DNA from: Candidatus Aminicenantes bacterium
Lineage (GTDB): Bacteria > Acidobacteriota > Aminicenantia > Aminicenantales > JAFGBC01
DNA: 64,000 nt
Assembly (NCBI GenBank): GCA_963702005.1
Contig: OY969696.1
Coordinates: 3,456,001-3,520,000 of the forward strand
Direction: 5' to 3'
Position 1 is the first letter of the stretch. Each line of letters starts with the position of its first letter. Both the position numbers and the translations under genes were made by a program. The notes beneath the pieces are model-generated. The model did no database searches. It had not been told where the DNA came from and saw nothing but the letters and a program-made list of their open reading frames with translations. Below are positions 46,953 to 56,586 of this stretch, piece after piece.

Positions 46953-48395
46953 ATGCTGAAAACCATCGTTCGCAAAGAGCTTCTCGAGAACATCTTCAGC
47001 TACCGCTTTCCGCTGTTCGCCCTCATCTGCATCGTCCTCATTCCGTTGGGCATGTTCGTCAATAACGCCCAGTATTCCAAGCGGCTCAGGGATTACGGCG
47101 AGCAGGTGCGCCTGGCGGACGAAGGGGCCTCGGGGCTCACGATGCAGGACGTCATGGCCGGACGGGTGACCCTCAAGGGCTTCCGCCGGCCCGCGCCGCT
47201 GTCGATATTCGCCCAGGGCTTCGAGAACACCTTGCCCCGCTACTACCAATTCACGCAGGACGGCTTCGCTCAAGGCGAATCGGCCAGCGGCGACGAGTCC
47301 TTTCTTTCGACCCAGGGCAAGTTCGATTTCGTCTTCCTGGTCCAGATGGTCATCAGCCTGATCGGCCTGCTGTTTGCCTCGGATGTCATCGCGGGCGAGA
47401 AGGAGTCGGGCACGCTGCGGGCCATGCTCTCGAACCGCTTGCCGCGGGACGCCGTTCTGATCGGCAAGATCGCCGGCGGCTTCCTGGCCCTGGCGGCGTC
47501 CTTCCTGGTCGCCCTCCTGCTGGGCGTCCTGATCCTTCTGCCGGGAGGTTTTCCGCTCTTCAGCGGCGACGGCTTGGCCCGGATTCTCATCCTGGCTCTG
47601 GCCTCCCTGTTCTTCATGCTGATCTACTACACGATCGGGACGATGGTCTCGACCAGTTCCTCCAAAACGAGGACATCGCTGGTGGCCATTCTTCTCATCT
47701 GGTCGGGCTTCCAGCTGGTTATTCCCAAGTTGAGCGATATGGCCGCCGCGCTGATCTATCCGGTGCGTACGGAAACCGAAGTCTCGCTCGAAAAATCCCT
47801 CCTGATCAATTCGATCGAGACCGAAACGGCGAAAGAACTGGGCCGCCAGTACGACCTGATCTTCGGAAGCGCGGCCGCGGGCGTCGCGGACGACGTGAAC
47901 TCGCCCGAGAGGAAGAAATGGGATCCGCTCAGAGACGACATCCAGCTGCGCGCCCGGGAGAGGAAGGCCCAGCAGCTCCAGACGATCGACGAGACCTTCC
48001 AGATGCGGAAGCGGCGGCAGCAAAACCTGGCCGTGAATCTGTCCTTGATCTCGCCCAGCGCGGCTTTCGGCCGCTTCGCCGCCGACGTCTGCGCGACGGG
48101 CGAGCTGGCGCGCGCGAAATACCAGGAGGCCGTCCGCTCCCATCAAAAGGCCCTCGACAACGAGCTCTTCAGCAAAGTCAAGCGGACCCTGATGATGCAC
48201 GCGGATGGCCGCATGACGATGATGTTTTCCGCCCAGCCGGTGGACCCCAAAAATCTGCCGAAATTTACGATCGGCGTCGCTTCGCTGGGGGACACCTTCA
48301 AGGAAAACGGGCGCAGCCTTCTGGCGCTGGCTTTCTGGCTGATCGCTCCTTTCGCCTTCGCCTATATCCGATTCTTGAAATACGACGTCCGATAG
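46953..48395 (+). CDS. ABC-2 type transporter permease
   Basis: DVIAGEKESGTL motif; ends KYDVR. Confidence 0.9.
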   Translation: MLKTIVRKELLENIFSYRFPLFALICIVLIPLGMFVNNAQYSKRLRDYGEQVRLADEGASGLTMQDVMAGRVTLKGFRRPAPLSIFAQGFENTLPRYYQFTQDGFAQGESASGDESFLSTQGKFDFVFLVQMVISLIGLLFASDVIAGEKESGTLRAMLSNRLPRDAVLIGKIAGGFLALAASFLVALLLGVLILLPGGFPLFSGDGLARILILALASLFFMLIYYTIGTMVSTSSSKTRTSLVAILLIWSGFQLVIPKLSDMAAALIYPVRTETEVSLEKSLLINSIETETAKELGRQYDLIFGSAAAGVADDVNSPERKKWDPLRDDIQLRARERKAQQLQTIDETFQMRKRRQQNLAVNLSLISPSAAFGRFAADVCATGELARAKYQEAVRSHQKALDNELFSKVKRTLMMHADGRMTMMFSAQPVDPKNLPKFTIGVASLGDTFKENGRSLLALAFWLIAPFAFAYIRFLKYDVR

Positions 48396-48402
48396 TGATC
48401 CG

Positions 48403-49722
48403 ATGCTGAGAACGATCATCAGGCGGGAAATCCTCGAATACCTGAAATCCGCTAAGTTCCTCATCGGTCTGATGATCGCAGTCATCCTGACGGCGGCGAG
48501 CACATTCATCAACGTCCAGGATTACGCCATCCGCCACCAGGACTACCTCGATGCTAAGAACAATTTGAAATCAGACGGCTTCAGGATAAAAATCTTCCGC
48601 GAACCCCAGGTTCTGGGCACACTTGCCCGGGGCAAAGACCGGGAGATAGGCGACCAGATCGAGATGTCGGTCATAGATGCGCCGCGCAGGCTCACCGGAT
48701 ATATGGACGAAGGGCGGAAGAGGAATCCCACGTTCGCGGGCTTCTCGGCCGTCGACTTCGCCTTCCTCGTCCGGGTCGTGCTAAGCCTTCTCGTCGTTTT
48801 CCTGGCGTATAACAGCGTGTCGGAGGAGAAGGCCAACGGAACCCTGAAGCTCGCCTTGGCCAACGCCTTGCCTCGGGACAAGCTTCTTCTCGGAAAACTC
48901 ATCAGCGGCCTCCTCGTTGCCCTGGGCTCGCTCGTGATCGCAGCCCTCCTTGCATCCCTTATCCTGATCCTCCATCCCTCGGTCTCTCTGTCGGGCGGCG
49001 ATATGGTCAGGATCGCGGCGATGCTGGCCGTTTCGGCTCTCTATCTTTCCGCCTTTTATGCCCTAGGGCTTTATATCTCGGTCAAGACAGACCGTCCGGC
49101 GGTGTCCCTGATGATTCTCCTCCAGGCTTGGATCGTGCTGGTCATCATCTACCCCAATTTGAGCGTGGCCTTTGCGGAGCGCTTTTATCCCCTGCCGAGT
49201 GAAGAGTCGCTGGCTCGGCAAAAGGACGCTGTTTGGGATAAACACAGCGCCGAAATCAAAAAGGCGAACGAGGGCTTTCAAAAGGTTTCCCCAACGCTGG
49301 AAGACAGGCTGAGATTCGTCGAAGCCTGGTCCTCCACAGCGGCAGACTATGATAGCATCGCTGCGGAGCTCGACCGTCGCCAGACCTCGCAGATGAAATT
49401 AGCGGTATTTCTCTCCGGTCTCTCGCCCGCCGCCCTCTGCGACCAGGTCATGAATCGCCTTGCCCGGACCGACATTCGGGAATATGACCGGTTCGTCGAC
49501 GGCGCCCACCGGCTCTGGCTGAAGTTCGTCGAACGGTCCAAGCTCCGCTACAGGGACGAAGAGGCATTCAAAAGGAGCACGCTTCCGGATTTCAGCTATA
49601 TTTCAGACAGGCCGGGAGAAGCCGTTGTCGCCGTCTGGCCGCATTGGCTGATCTTGTTCCTTTTCAACTGCATTTTCTTCGCGCTTGCTTACACAGGCTT
49701 CCTGAGAAAAGACCTCCGGTGA
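48403..49722 (+). CDS. ABC-2 type transporter permease
   Basis: NSVSEEKANGTL motif; ends RKDLR. Confidence 0.9.
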   Translation: MLRTIIRREILEYLKSAKFLIGLMIAVILTAASTFINVQDYAIRHQDYLDAKNNLKSDGFRIKIFREPQVLGTLARGKDREIGDQIEMSVIDAPRRLTGYMDEGRKRNPTFAGFSAVDFAFLVRVVLSLLVVFLAYNSVSEEKANGTLKLALANALPRDKLLLGKLISGLLVALGSLVIAALLASLILILHPSVSLSGGDMVRIAAMLAVSALYLSAFYALGLYISVKTDRPAVSLMILLQAWIVLVIIYPNLSVAFAERFYPLPSEESLARQKDAVWDKHSAEIKKANEGFQKVSPTLEDRLRFVEAWSSTAADYDSIAAELDRRQTSQMKLAVFLSGLSPAALCDQVMNRLARTDIREYDRFVDGAHRLWLKFVERSKLRYRDEEAFKRSTLPDFSYISDRPGEAVVAVWPHWLILFLFNCIFFALAYTGFLRKDLR

Positions 49723-49726
49723 TGCC

Positions 49727-51133
49727 ATGAAGACGATCCTCCGCCGCGAATTTCTGGACCATATCCAAAGCCTGCAATTCATGGCCCTTCTAGCCTTGGC
49801 CGTTATTCTGTTCGCAGGCAACGGCCTTATCTTCGTTAAGTCCTATTCGCAGCGGATCGACGCCTACCAAAAGAATCTGGCTTTCATGCAGGAGCAGGAA
49901 TGGAAGAGCACCGTGCGCCTCCAGCTCTACAGGCGTCCCAGCTCGCTGCTTTTTATCGCAGAAGGTGGGGATATCATAAGGCCTTCCGAATACTATCTCC
50001 TTCCTAAAGGAGCCCTCTCGGCCGGAGAGCAGAATCTTAGGACGTTCAAGATGCCGACCGTGCCGACGCTGGACTGGTCCTTCATCATCGGCACCTTGTT
50101 CAGCCTCTATACCATACTCTTAGGCTACAGCACCGTGTCATGGGAGAGGGAACAGGGGACACTTCGGTTGGTTCTCGCCAATTCACTCGGCCGGGTCCAC
50201 TTGCTCACGGCCAAATACTTGTCCGTCCTTTCGGTCATCGCGGTTCCGCTCCTGGCCGGCACCCTCGTTAGCCTGATCATCATCGGGACGCTCGTCCCGC
50301 AGGCCATGACGCTGGCCAACGTTTCCAGGATCGTCCTGGTTCTTCTCCTGGCCCTGGCGTACGTTTCCCTTTTCGCGTTCTTGAGCCTCCTCTTTTCGTC
50401 GATCATCTCCCGATCATCGCTTGTCCTGCTGACACTCCTCGCCATATGGGTGCTTTTTGCCATCGTCATCCCCAGCTCTTCCCTAGTTCTGGTCGACAAG
50501 CTTTCGTCGGCCCCCCGCGAGATCCAGGCAGCCCGGATGTTCGAGCCCATGGTTCAGAAAGAAGTGTGGGAAAAAATCGATGCGATCGTTGCCGGGGCCG
50601 GGCGGGGCGAATACAAGACGGAGGAGGAGGTCAGGGCAGGCACGGACCACGCTTTCGAGGAGGGTCAGAACCGGGTCAAACAATTCTACGAAGATTTCGG
50701 AAAATCTGAGAAAGCCCGAGCCGCCCAGGCTAAAAACCTGTCGCGGCTCTCCCCCCTGGCCTTATTCCAATATGCCTCGGAGGATATCGTCCAGTCAGGG
50801 GACGGCGGAGAAGATGAGTTTTTGAGGCAGGTTCGGGAATATTCCCGCATTTATGACGCGTATATCCAGAAGAAACTCGGCAAGATCATAGTGACTTCGG
50901 ATTGGTCGTTTTCTAAGAATATTGGCTTTCATGGGAAAACCATCCGCATCGAATCGCCCGAAGCCCTGGAATACGAGGGGGATAAGTCCGACTTCCCGGT
51001 CTTCAGCGAGCGGCGGCCGTCCCTGAGCAAGGGACTCAAGAGCGCCCTGGGCGACCTGGCCGGGCTCATTCTCTGGAACATCGTCCTGGCCGGCTTGGCT
51101 TTTTCAGCCTTCATCAGGACAGACGTGAGATGA
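49727..51133 (+). CDS. ABC-2 type transporter permease
   Basis: STVSWEREQGTL motif; ends RTDVR. Confidence 0.9.
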   Translation: MKTILRREFLDHIQSLQFMALLALAVILFAGNGLIFVKSYSQRIDAYQKNLAFMQEQEWKSTVRLQLYRRPSSLLFIAEGGDIIRPSEYYLLPKGALSAGEQNLRTFKMPTVPTLDWSFIIGTLFSLYTILLGYSTVSWEREQGTLRLVLANSLGRVHLLTAKYLSVLSVIAVPLLAGTLVSLIIIGTLVPQAMTLANVSRIVLVLLLALAYVSLFAFLSLLFSSIISRSSLVLLTLLAIWVLFAIVIPSSSLVLVDKLSSAPREIQAARMFEPMVQKEVWEKIDAIVAGAGRGEYKTEEEVRAGTDHAFEEGQNRVKQFYEDFGKSEKARAAQAKNLSRLSPLALFQYASEDIVQSGDGGEDEFLRQVREYSRIYDAYIQKKLGKIIVTSDWSFSKNIGFHGKTIRIESPEALEYEGDKSDFPVFSERRPSLSKGLKSALGDLAGLILWNIVLAGLAFSAFIRTDVR

Positions 51134-51240
51134 TTCGCAAAGACATGAAGGAAGCGCTTTTTTACTATCTCCGGAGACCGCCCGTCGCTCCCGGGCTGCA
51201 ACCCGGGTTGAACGGTTCCGGGAAAGAGGTGCGGGCATGA
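51130..51240 (+). CDS. 36-aa linker ORF (possible permease remnant) translationally coupled at both ends
   Basis: MIRKDMKEALFYYLRRPPVAPGLQPGLNGSGKEVRA; ATGA overlaps with both neighbours. Confidence 0.5.
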   Translation: MIRKDMKEALFYYLRRPPVAPGLQPGLNGSGKEVRA

Positions 51241-52472
51241 TCGGAACCATCGTTCGCAAGGAGATCGCCGCCAACCTCCTCAGCTACAAGTTCTTTATCG
51301 TCATGCTACTGGCTTCCCTGCTCGTCTTCACCAGCCTGTTCGTCATGGTCAGGGATTTCAAGGGACGGCAGGCCGACTATCAACTCAACAAAGCCAAGCC
51401 CGGAGAGCCGATCGCCATCATCCCGCCCAATCCCCTGTCCATCTTCGCCAAGGGCCTGGACGACGCCATGACCCGCTCCTTCGGAGTCGGCATCACCGGT
51501 ATCTACGTCCAGGCCGGCCAGCAGTCCGGCAACATCATCTTTTCCTTTTTCCCTTCGCCCGATTTCGTCTACGTCGTCAAGGTCGTGCTGTCGCTGGTGG
51601 CCCTTCTGTTCGGCTTCGACCAAATCAGCCGGGAGAAGGAAGCGGGCACCCTGAAACTGGTGTTCGCCAATTCGCTCTCCCGGGCCTCCGTCCTGGCCGG
51701 CAAGTGGCTCGGCAACTTCCTGAGCCTGGCCGTCCCCTTCCTGCTGGTGACCATACTGGGGATCGCCCTGATGAGCCTCGATCCCGCTGTGCGCCTCTCC
51801 GGATCGGGGCTCGGGCGGCTGGCGTTGTTGCTCGCAACAAGCCTCATCTACGTCGCCCTGTTCTTAAGCCTCGGCATTTTCATCTCCACGGTCACCCGGC
51901 GGTCCGCTTCATCTCTGGTTGTTCTCCTCTTCATCTGGTCGCTGCTAGTCTTCATCCTGCCCAACCTGGGCACGCTGCTGGCCCGCCAATTCGTCGACGT
52001 TCCGTCCGTCCGCGCCCTGAGCGAGAAGCGGGAGCAGATCTGGACGCGGGAAGTCCTCATGCGCTATACCGATAAAACCGACAACTGGGACGCCCGGATC
52101 AAAAACATGAACGCCGAATTCGACAAGATGGAGGAAGACTACCGCAACAAGTTCGACCGCCTGATCCGATTGTCTAAGAACATCAACCGGATCTCGCCGG
52201 CGGCCAGCTTCGTCTACGCCGCCACCGAGATCGCCGGCACCGGGATCGGCGAGGAAGGCTTGCTTAAAAGCGAAGTCATCCGCTATAAAAACCGGTTCTT
52301 GGAGGACATCCGGTCCGGGATCAAGGGACACGCCGCGTTCAGCTACCGTTACCGTTCCGTCGGACGCGTATTGGCCGAGGGGAGCCTGTTCGATATCGCC
52401 TGGCTCCTGGTCTTCAATATCGTCTTTTTCGCCGCGGGCTACGCCGCGGTCGTGCGCTACGACGTCAGATAA
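51237..52472 (+). CDS. ABC-2 type transporter permease
   Basis: FDQISREKEAGTL motif; ends RYDVR. Confidence 0.9.
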   Translation: MIGTIVRKEIAANLLSYKFFIVMLLASLLVFTSLFVMVRDFKGRQADYQLNKAKPGEPIAIIPPNPLSIFAKGLDDAMTRSFGVGITGIYVQAGQQSGNIIFSFFPSPDFVYVVKVVLSLVALLFGFDQISREKEAGTLKLVFANSLSRASVLAGKWLGNFLSLAVPFLLVTILGIALMSLDPAVRLSGSGLGRLALLLATSLIYVALFLSLGIFISTVTRRSASSLVVLLFIWSLLVFILPNLGTLLARQFVDVPSVRALSEKREQIWTREVLMRYTDKTDNWDARIKNMNAEFDKMEEDYRNKFDRLIRLSKNINRISPAASFVYAATEIAGTGIGEEGLLKSEVIRYKNRFLEDIRSGIKGHAAFSYRYRSVGRVLAEGSLFDIAWLLVFNIVFFAAGYAAVVRYDVR

Positions 52473-52474
52473 GG

Positions 52475-53917
52475 ATGACAGCTATGATCCCTATCCTCGT
52501 CATGAAAGAAATCCGCAACCACCTCCTGTCGTTCCGGTTCCTGGTGACATTCGTCCTTCTCCTGGTCATCGTCCCAGTCACAACCTTGATCCTGACCAAC
52601 GATTACATACGGAAACAGGACGATTATTCCCGGCGCCAGGCCGAGATTCAGAATTACCTAAGCCGCTACGCCCATTTCAACCGGATCGGAAACGTGATCG
52701 AGCCTTCCCAGCCGCCCGTTCCGTTCTATGCGCTCGTCCGGGGGCTGTCGGCCGACGTCAATATCAACGCCTTCTACAACGACCCTCTGCCTGTCATGTT
52801 TCCGCTGCTGGACTTGACGTTCATCGTCGCCATTCTCCTCAGCCTGGCCGCCCTGGTCTTCGCCTACGACTCCCTATCCGGCGAAAAGGAAGACGGGACC
52901 CTGAAGCTCATGCTGGCCAACGGCCTGGCCCGGTCCAAGATCATCGCCGCCAAGGTTTTGGGAGGAACGGCGACCTTGCTCATCCCCTTCCTGGTTTCGC
53001 TGGCCGTCGGCCTGATCATCATCCTGCTCAACCCGAGGGTGGGCTGGAAAGGGTCGGATTGGGGCGCGCTGGGGATGATCGCGATCGGGGCCGTCGTTTA
53101 TTTTACCCTCTTCACCTGCCTGGGGATCTTCATCTCCTCGCGCCACCAGTCGAGCTCCTCGTCGATCATGACCTCGCTCTTTGTCTGGGTTCTCGCCGTC
53201 CTGGTCGTCCCCAACCTCAGCCCTTACCTGGCCTCGCTCCTCCGTCCGACGCCCTCCCGGATCATGATCAACCGGGAGGTCCAGCGCATCACCCAGGATG
53301 AACGCGACGAGCTCGGCCGGATAATCCAGAAGGAAAGAACGGCGGAGGTTCTCAAGGAATATCCCGTCCTGGCTCCCGTTTTCAGGATGTCCGAACAGGA
53401 AATCCTGGACGCCATCAAGAAGGACCCCGCCTTCGCTCGCGCCTATGAAGCTTTGCGAAAGACGATCGAGGCGGTTTGGCGCGAAGCTAACAGGATCCAG
53501 GGCGAAAAAGCCAAGGTCTTGACAGAAGACTTGGACCGAAAGGAAAAGGCGCAGACTCGGCTCTCCGTCCTCCTGTCCCTGAGCTCCCCCATGGCCGCCT
53601 TCTCTTATTTGACCACGGACCTCTCCAACACCGGGATGAGGAATGAAATTCATTTTAGCGAGCTGGCAAGGGGATGGGGTCAGGCCTACGAAGACTTCGC
53701 GACCCAAAAAATGGAGGAGCTCAGGAAAAAGGATCCGACCATGGATGTCTGGAACTCGCCGGTCGACGTCCGCGATATGCCGCGCTTCCAATACAAGGAA
53801 GAAGCGCTGACGGGACGGATCAAGGCCGTTCTGGCGCCGTTAGCCGTCCTGGCCGTCCTCTCCATCGTTCTGTTCGGCGCGGCCTACGCTTCCTTCATCC
53901 GCTACGACGTCCGCTGA
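52475..53917 (+). CDS. ABC-2 type transporter permease
   Basis: YDSLSGEKEDGTL motif; ends RYDVR. Confidence 0.9.
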   Translation: MTAMIPILVMKEIRNHLLSFRFLVTFVLLLVIVPVTTLILTNDYIRKQDDYSRRQAEIQNYLSRYAHFNRIGNVIEPSQPPVPFYALVRGLSADVNINAFYNDPLPVMFPLLDLTFIVAILLSLAALVFAYDSLSGEKEDGTLKLMLANGLARSKIIAAKVLGGTATLLIPFLVSLAVGLIIILLNPRVGWKGSDWGALGMIAIGAVVYFTLFTCLGIFISSRHQSSSSSIMTSLFVWVLAVLVVPNLSPYLASLLRPTPSRIMINREVQRITQDERDELGRIIQKERTAEVLKEYPVLAPVFRMSEQEILDAIKKDPAFARAYEALRKTIEAVWREANRIQGEKAKVLTEDLDRKEKAQTRLSVLLSLSSPMAAFSYLTTDLSNTGMRNEIHFSELARGWGQAYEDFATQKMEELRKKDPTMDVWNSPVDVRDMPRFQYKEEALTGRIKAVLAPLAVLAVLSIVLFGAAYASFIRYDVR

Positions 53918-54074
53918 AATCCGACGCTGACCTTTCGTCTAATTTCCCGATTTCAAAAATTCCCGCAAAAAGACACGGCGCAGAGTTGACATTAATTCGA
54001 ATGGCGCGTAGAGTCAAAATAACGGGGTTCCTAAAGCTGTGGAGAGGGATCTGTCTTTAAGATAAGGAGGTCTT

Positions 54075-54138
54075 ATGGAAAAGCGGCGGCGTCCTGCTGG
54101 CCATCATCGGCGCCATCAAGAAAGCCGTCAGCAAGTAG
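54075..54138 (+). pseudogene. Remnant of a small Gly-rich membrane protein gene (internal deletion)
   Basis: Promoter TTGACA-17-TAGAGT, SD AAGGAGG and ATG GAA, then out of frame GGVLLAIIGAIKKAVSK-TAG with typical GC3 codons. Confidence 0.5.
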
Positions 54139-54211
54139 GCCGCCATCCTCTTTGCGCGGCTCAAGAACCATTCGTCCAGACTGAGTCCGTCATTCTCGAA
54201 GGAGGATCGTG

Positions 54212-54400
54212 ATGCCGATAAAGCGAACAACCCATCGCAGCTCCAAGGGCACCAAGCTCTACGCCGTGCGCGACAGCAAAGGGCGCTTCAAGGACATCCA
54301 GACCTATAAGCGCGCCCAGGCCGCGGACATGAGGCGCAAGAGCAAGGCGGAAAGTGCCGCGAAGTTGAAAAAAGGGAAGAAAACCAAGAGGGGCAAATAG
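54212..54400 (+). CDS. Small basic hypothetical protein
   Basis: SD GGAGG; GTKLYAVRDSKGRFKDIQTYKRA...D.RRKSKAE. Confidence 0.75.
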   Translation: MPIKRTTHRSSKGTKLYAVRDSKGRFKDIQTYKRAQAADMRRKSKAESAAKLKKGKKTKRGK

Positions 54401-54472
54401 CCTTTTTTTGGGGGCCGGCCGGAAAATGGGGATCCCCCAAACGAAGACGAGTTTATCGGCCGGCCTTTCCGA

Positions 54473-55585
54473 TCAGGATCGGGCGTCATCAAGGGCGGTT
54501 GCAATGAGACCGCCCCCCAAGACGGTCTCGCCATCGTAGAAGACGGCTGACTGTCCGGGCGTTATGGCCCGCTGGGGCCGCTTGAACTCGACGATGACCT
54601 CGCCCGGCTTCACCGGCTTGAGGACGGCTTTGGCCCCCGGGTGCCGGTAGCGGATTTTAACGGCCGCTTCCCTCTCGTCCTTCAGGTTCTCGACGGCGAT
54701 CCAGTTGACATCGGCGACGCGGAGGCGTCTCTTCATCAGCTCCTCGCCGCGGCCCACGACGACCGTGTTCGTAGCCGGGTTGAGCGACAAGACGTAATAA
54801 GGATGGGGCCCCGCCACCCCCATCCCCTTCCGCTGCCCGATCGTGTAGTGGATGATGCCCCGGTGCTCGCCGAGGATCCGGCCCTCCCGGTCCACGATCG
54901 GGCCGGGACGAAAGGCGGCCGGAATCCGCTCGCGGAGGAAACGAGCGTAGTCGCGGTCGGGGATGAAACAGATCTCTTGGCTCTCGGGTTTGGCGGCGAC
55001 CGCGAGTCCGAGGCGGGCCGCCGTCCGCCTGACTTCCGCTTTGGTCATCCCGCCGACCGGGAACAAGCTCCGGCCCAGCTGATCCTGGGTCAGGGCGTGG
55101 AGAAAATAGGACTGATCCTTGGCCCGGTCGAATCCTTTTTTGAGCAGGAAGCGTTTCCGGGACGGATCGTATTCGACTCGGGCGTGATGCCCCGTGGCCA
55201 ATCGATCGGCGCCGAGCCGGCGGGCCCTCTTCCATAAACAACCGAATTTAACGAGCGCGTTGCATCGGACGCAGGGGTTGGGCGTTCGCCCTCTCCGGTA
55301 TTCCCCGCAGAAATCGGCGATGACCGCGCGCTCGAAATCCTTCCTGAAATCGGCCGTGTAATGGGGAATGCCGAGGGCCGCGGCGACGCCGGCCGCGTCC
55401 CTGCGCGCCTTGGCTCCGCAACAGCTCTGGAGCCCCTCGTCGCGACAGGCTTCGGAGGAGAGGGAAAAGAGGTCCATGGTCAGGCCGATGACCTCGTGCC
55501 CCCGCTCGAGAAGGAGGGCCGCGGCGACCGAGGAATCGACCCCCCCGCTCATGGCCGCGGCTATGACCGGACTTTTCTTACTCAC
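54473..55585 (-). CDS. mnmA: tRNA 2-thiouridine(34) synthase MnmA
   Basis: MSGGVDSS, TPNPCVRCN, ATGHHA, KDQSYFL, ESQEICF, YTIGQRKG, AITPGQSAVFY. Confidence 0.96.
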   Translation of the reverse strand: MSKKSPVIAAAMSGGVDSSVAAALLLERGHEVIGLTMDLFSLSSEACRDEGLQSCCGAKARRDAAGVAAALGIPHYTADFRKDFERAVIADFCGEYRRGRTPNPCVRCNALVKFGCLWKRARRLGADRLATGHHARVEYDPSRKRFLLKKGFDRAKDQSYFLHALTQDQLGRSLFPVGGMTKAEVRRTAARLGLAVAAKPESQEICFIPDRDYARFLRERIPAAFRPGPIVDREGRILGEHRGIIHYTIGQRKGMGVAGPHPYYVLSLNPATNTVVVGRGEELMKRRLRVADVNWIAVENLKDEREAAVKIRYRHPGAKAVLKPVKPGEVIVEFKRPQRAITPGQSAVFYDGETVLGGGLIATALDDARS

Positions 55586-55701
55586 GGCTTTGACCAGGTC
55601 AGGATATCAGAAAATCGGCCCGGACGACACACCCCTTCCCGGCTCTCCGCCGGATTGAGTCGTCCGGGGATTTGAGATATAAAGGGGGCGAGGAGTCGAA
55701 A

Positions 55702-56580
55702 ATGAAAAAACAGCTCGCTCTCCGCTTGTTGGCCGTCGGGTTTGTCATGGTCCTAACTCTGGGCTCGGCTTGGGCCTCGAAGCAGATCCTCCTTTTCAAA
55801 TTCGAGCTTTCGGCCTCTTACGCTTGGGAAAATCCCCGGCTGAACTCGACCTATCTCCATTCCTATTCCCCTCCCTTCTCGCCCGGCGCCTTTCAAAGCT
55901 CGGCTTCCCAAACCCTGAGCTTTAAGGGCCAGAAGGCCCACGGCTACACGGCCGCCTTCCGCTTCTTTCCTTTCCGTTACGCCGGGCTCGAAGTCCTCTT
56001 GGATGCCTTTAAGGCGAACCTGTCCGGAGCGAATTCGAACTACAAGCTTTCTCTAAAATACACGGCGCGCTTGCCTCCCAATTATATTCCGGTTGAGTAC
56101 AGCTACCACCGGGAAGATTCCTGGCCGGCGACCGACGGCGAGTTCAAGGAGACCGTCATCAGCCTCAACGCGGCCGTCCGCGTCCCCCTGGTCAGCGTCC
56201 TGACCCTCAAGGCCTCGGCCGGCGCCAGCCTGTGCAATTTCGAGGCCCAGTCTTCGAGCATCGCCTTCACCAAGTATTGGCTCGGCGGCCACTCGGTCCT
56301 GTTCATGCAGGATTACAGCCTGGCCCTGGACTGGGGGCCGGCCCGGATCACGGGATTTAACGTCGGCGGCGAACTGGTCGTCGACCTCTTCTCGAATATC
56401 GGCCTCGCCGTCGATGTCCGCTATTTTTCCTTCCCCGAGACCTCCGTCAAATGGCATGTCCTGACCGGCCAGGGCATCACGGAAACGGCCGAAGAGCTTG
56501 GGCGCCTGATGAACCTCGGCTCGGTCAAGGTCAATCCATCCCTGTTCCGGGTCAACCTGGGCCTGCGGTTTCTGTTCTAA
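55702..56580 (+). CDS. Outer-membrane beta-barrel protein
   Basis: Signal peptide, amphipathic strands, C-terminal LGLRFLF; SD GAGGAG. Confidence 0.75.
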   Translation: MKKQLALRLLAVGFVMVLTLGSAWASKQILLFKFELSASYAWENPRLNSTYLHSYSPPFSPGAFQSSASQTLSFKGQKAHGYTAAFRFFPFRYAGLEVLLDAFKANLSGANSNYKLSLKYTARLPPNYIPVEYSYHREDSWPATDGEFKETVISLNAAVRVPLVSVLTLKASAGASLCNFEAQSSSIAFTKYWLGGHSVLFMQDYSLALDWGPARITGFNVGGELVVDLFSNIGLAVDVRYFSFPETSVKWHVLTGQGITETAEELGRLMNLGSVKVNPSLFRVNLGLRFLF

Positions 56581-56586
56581 GCGTCC

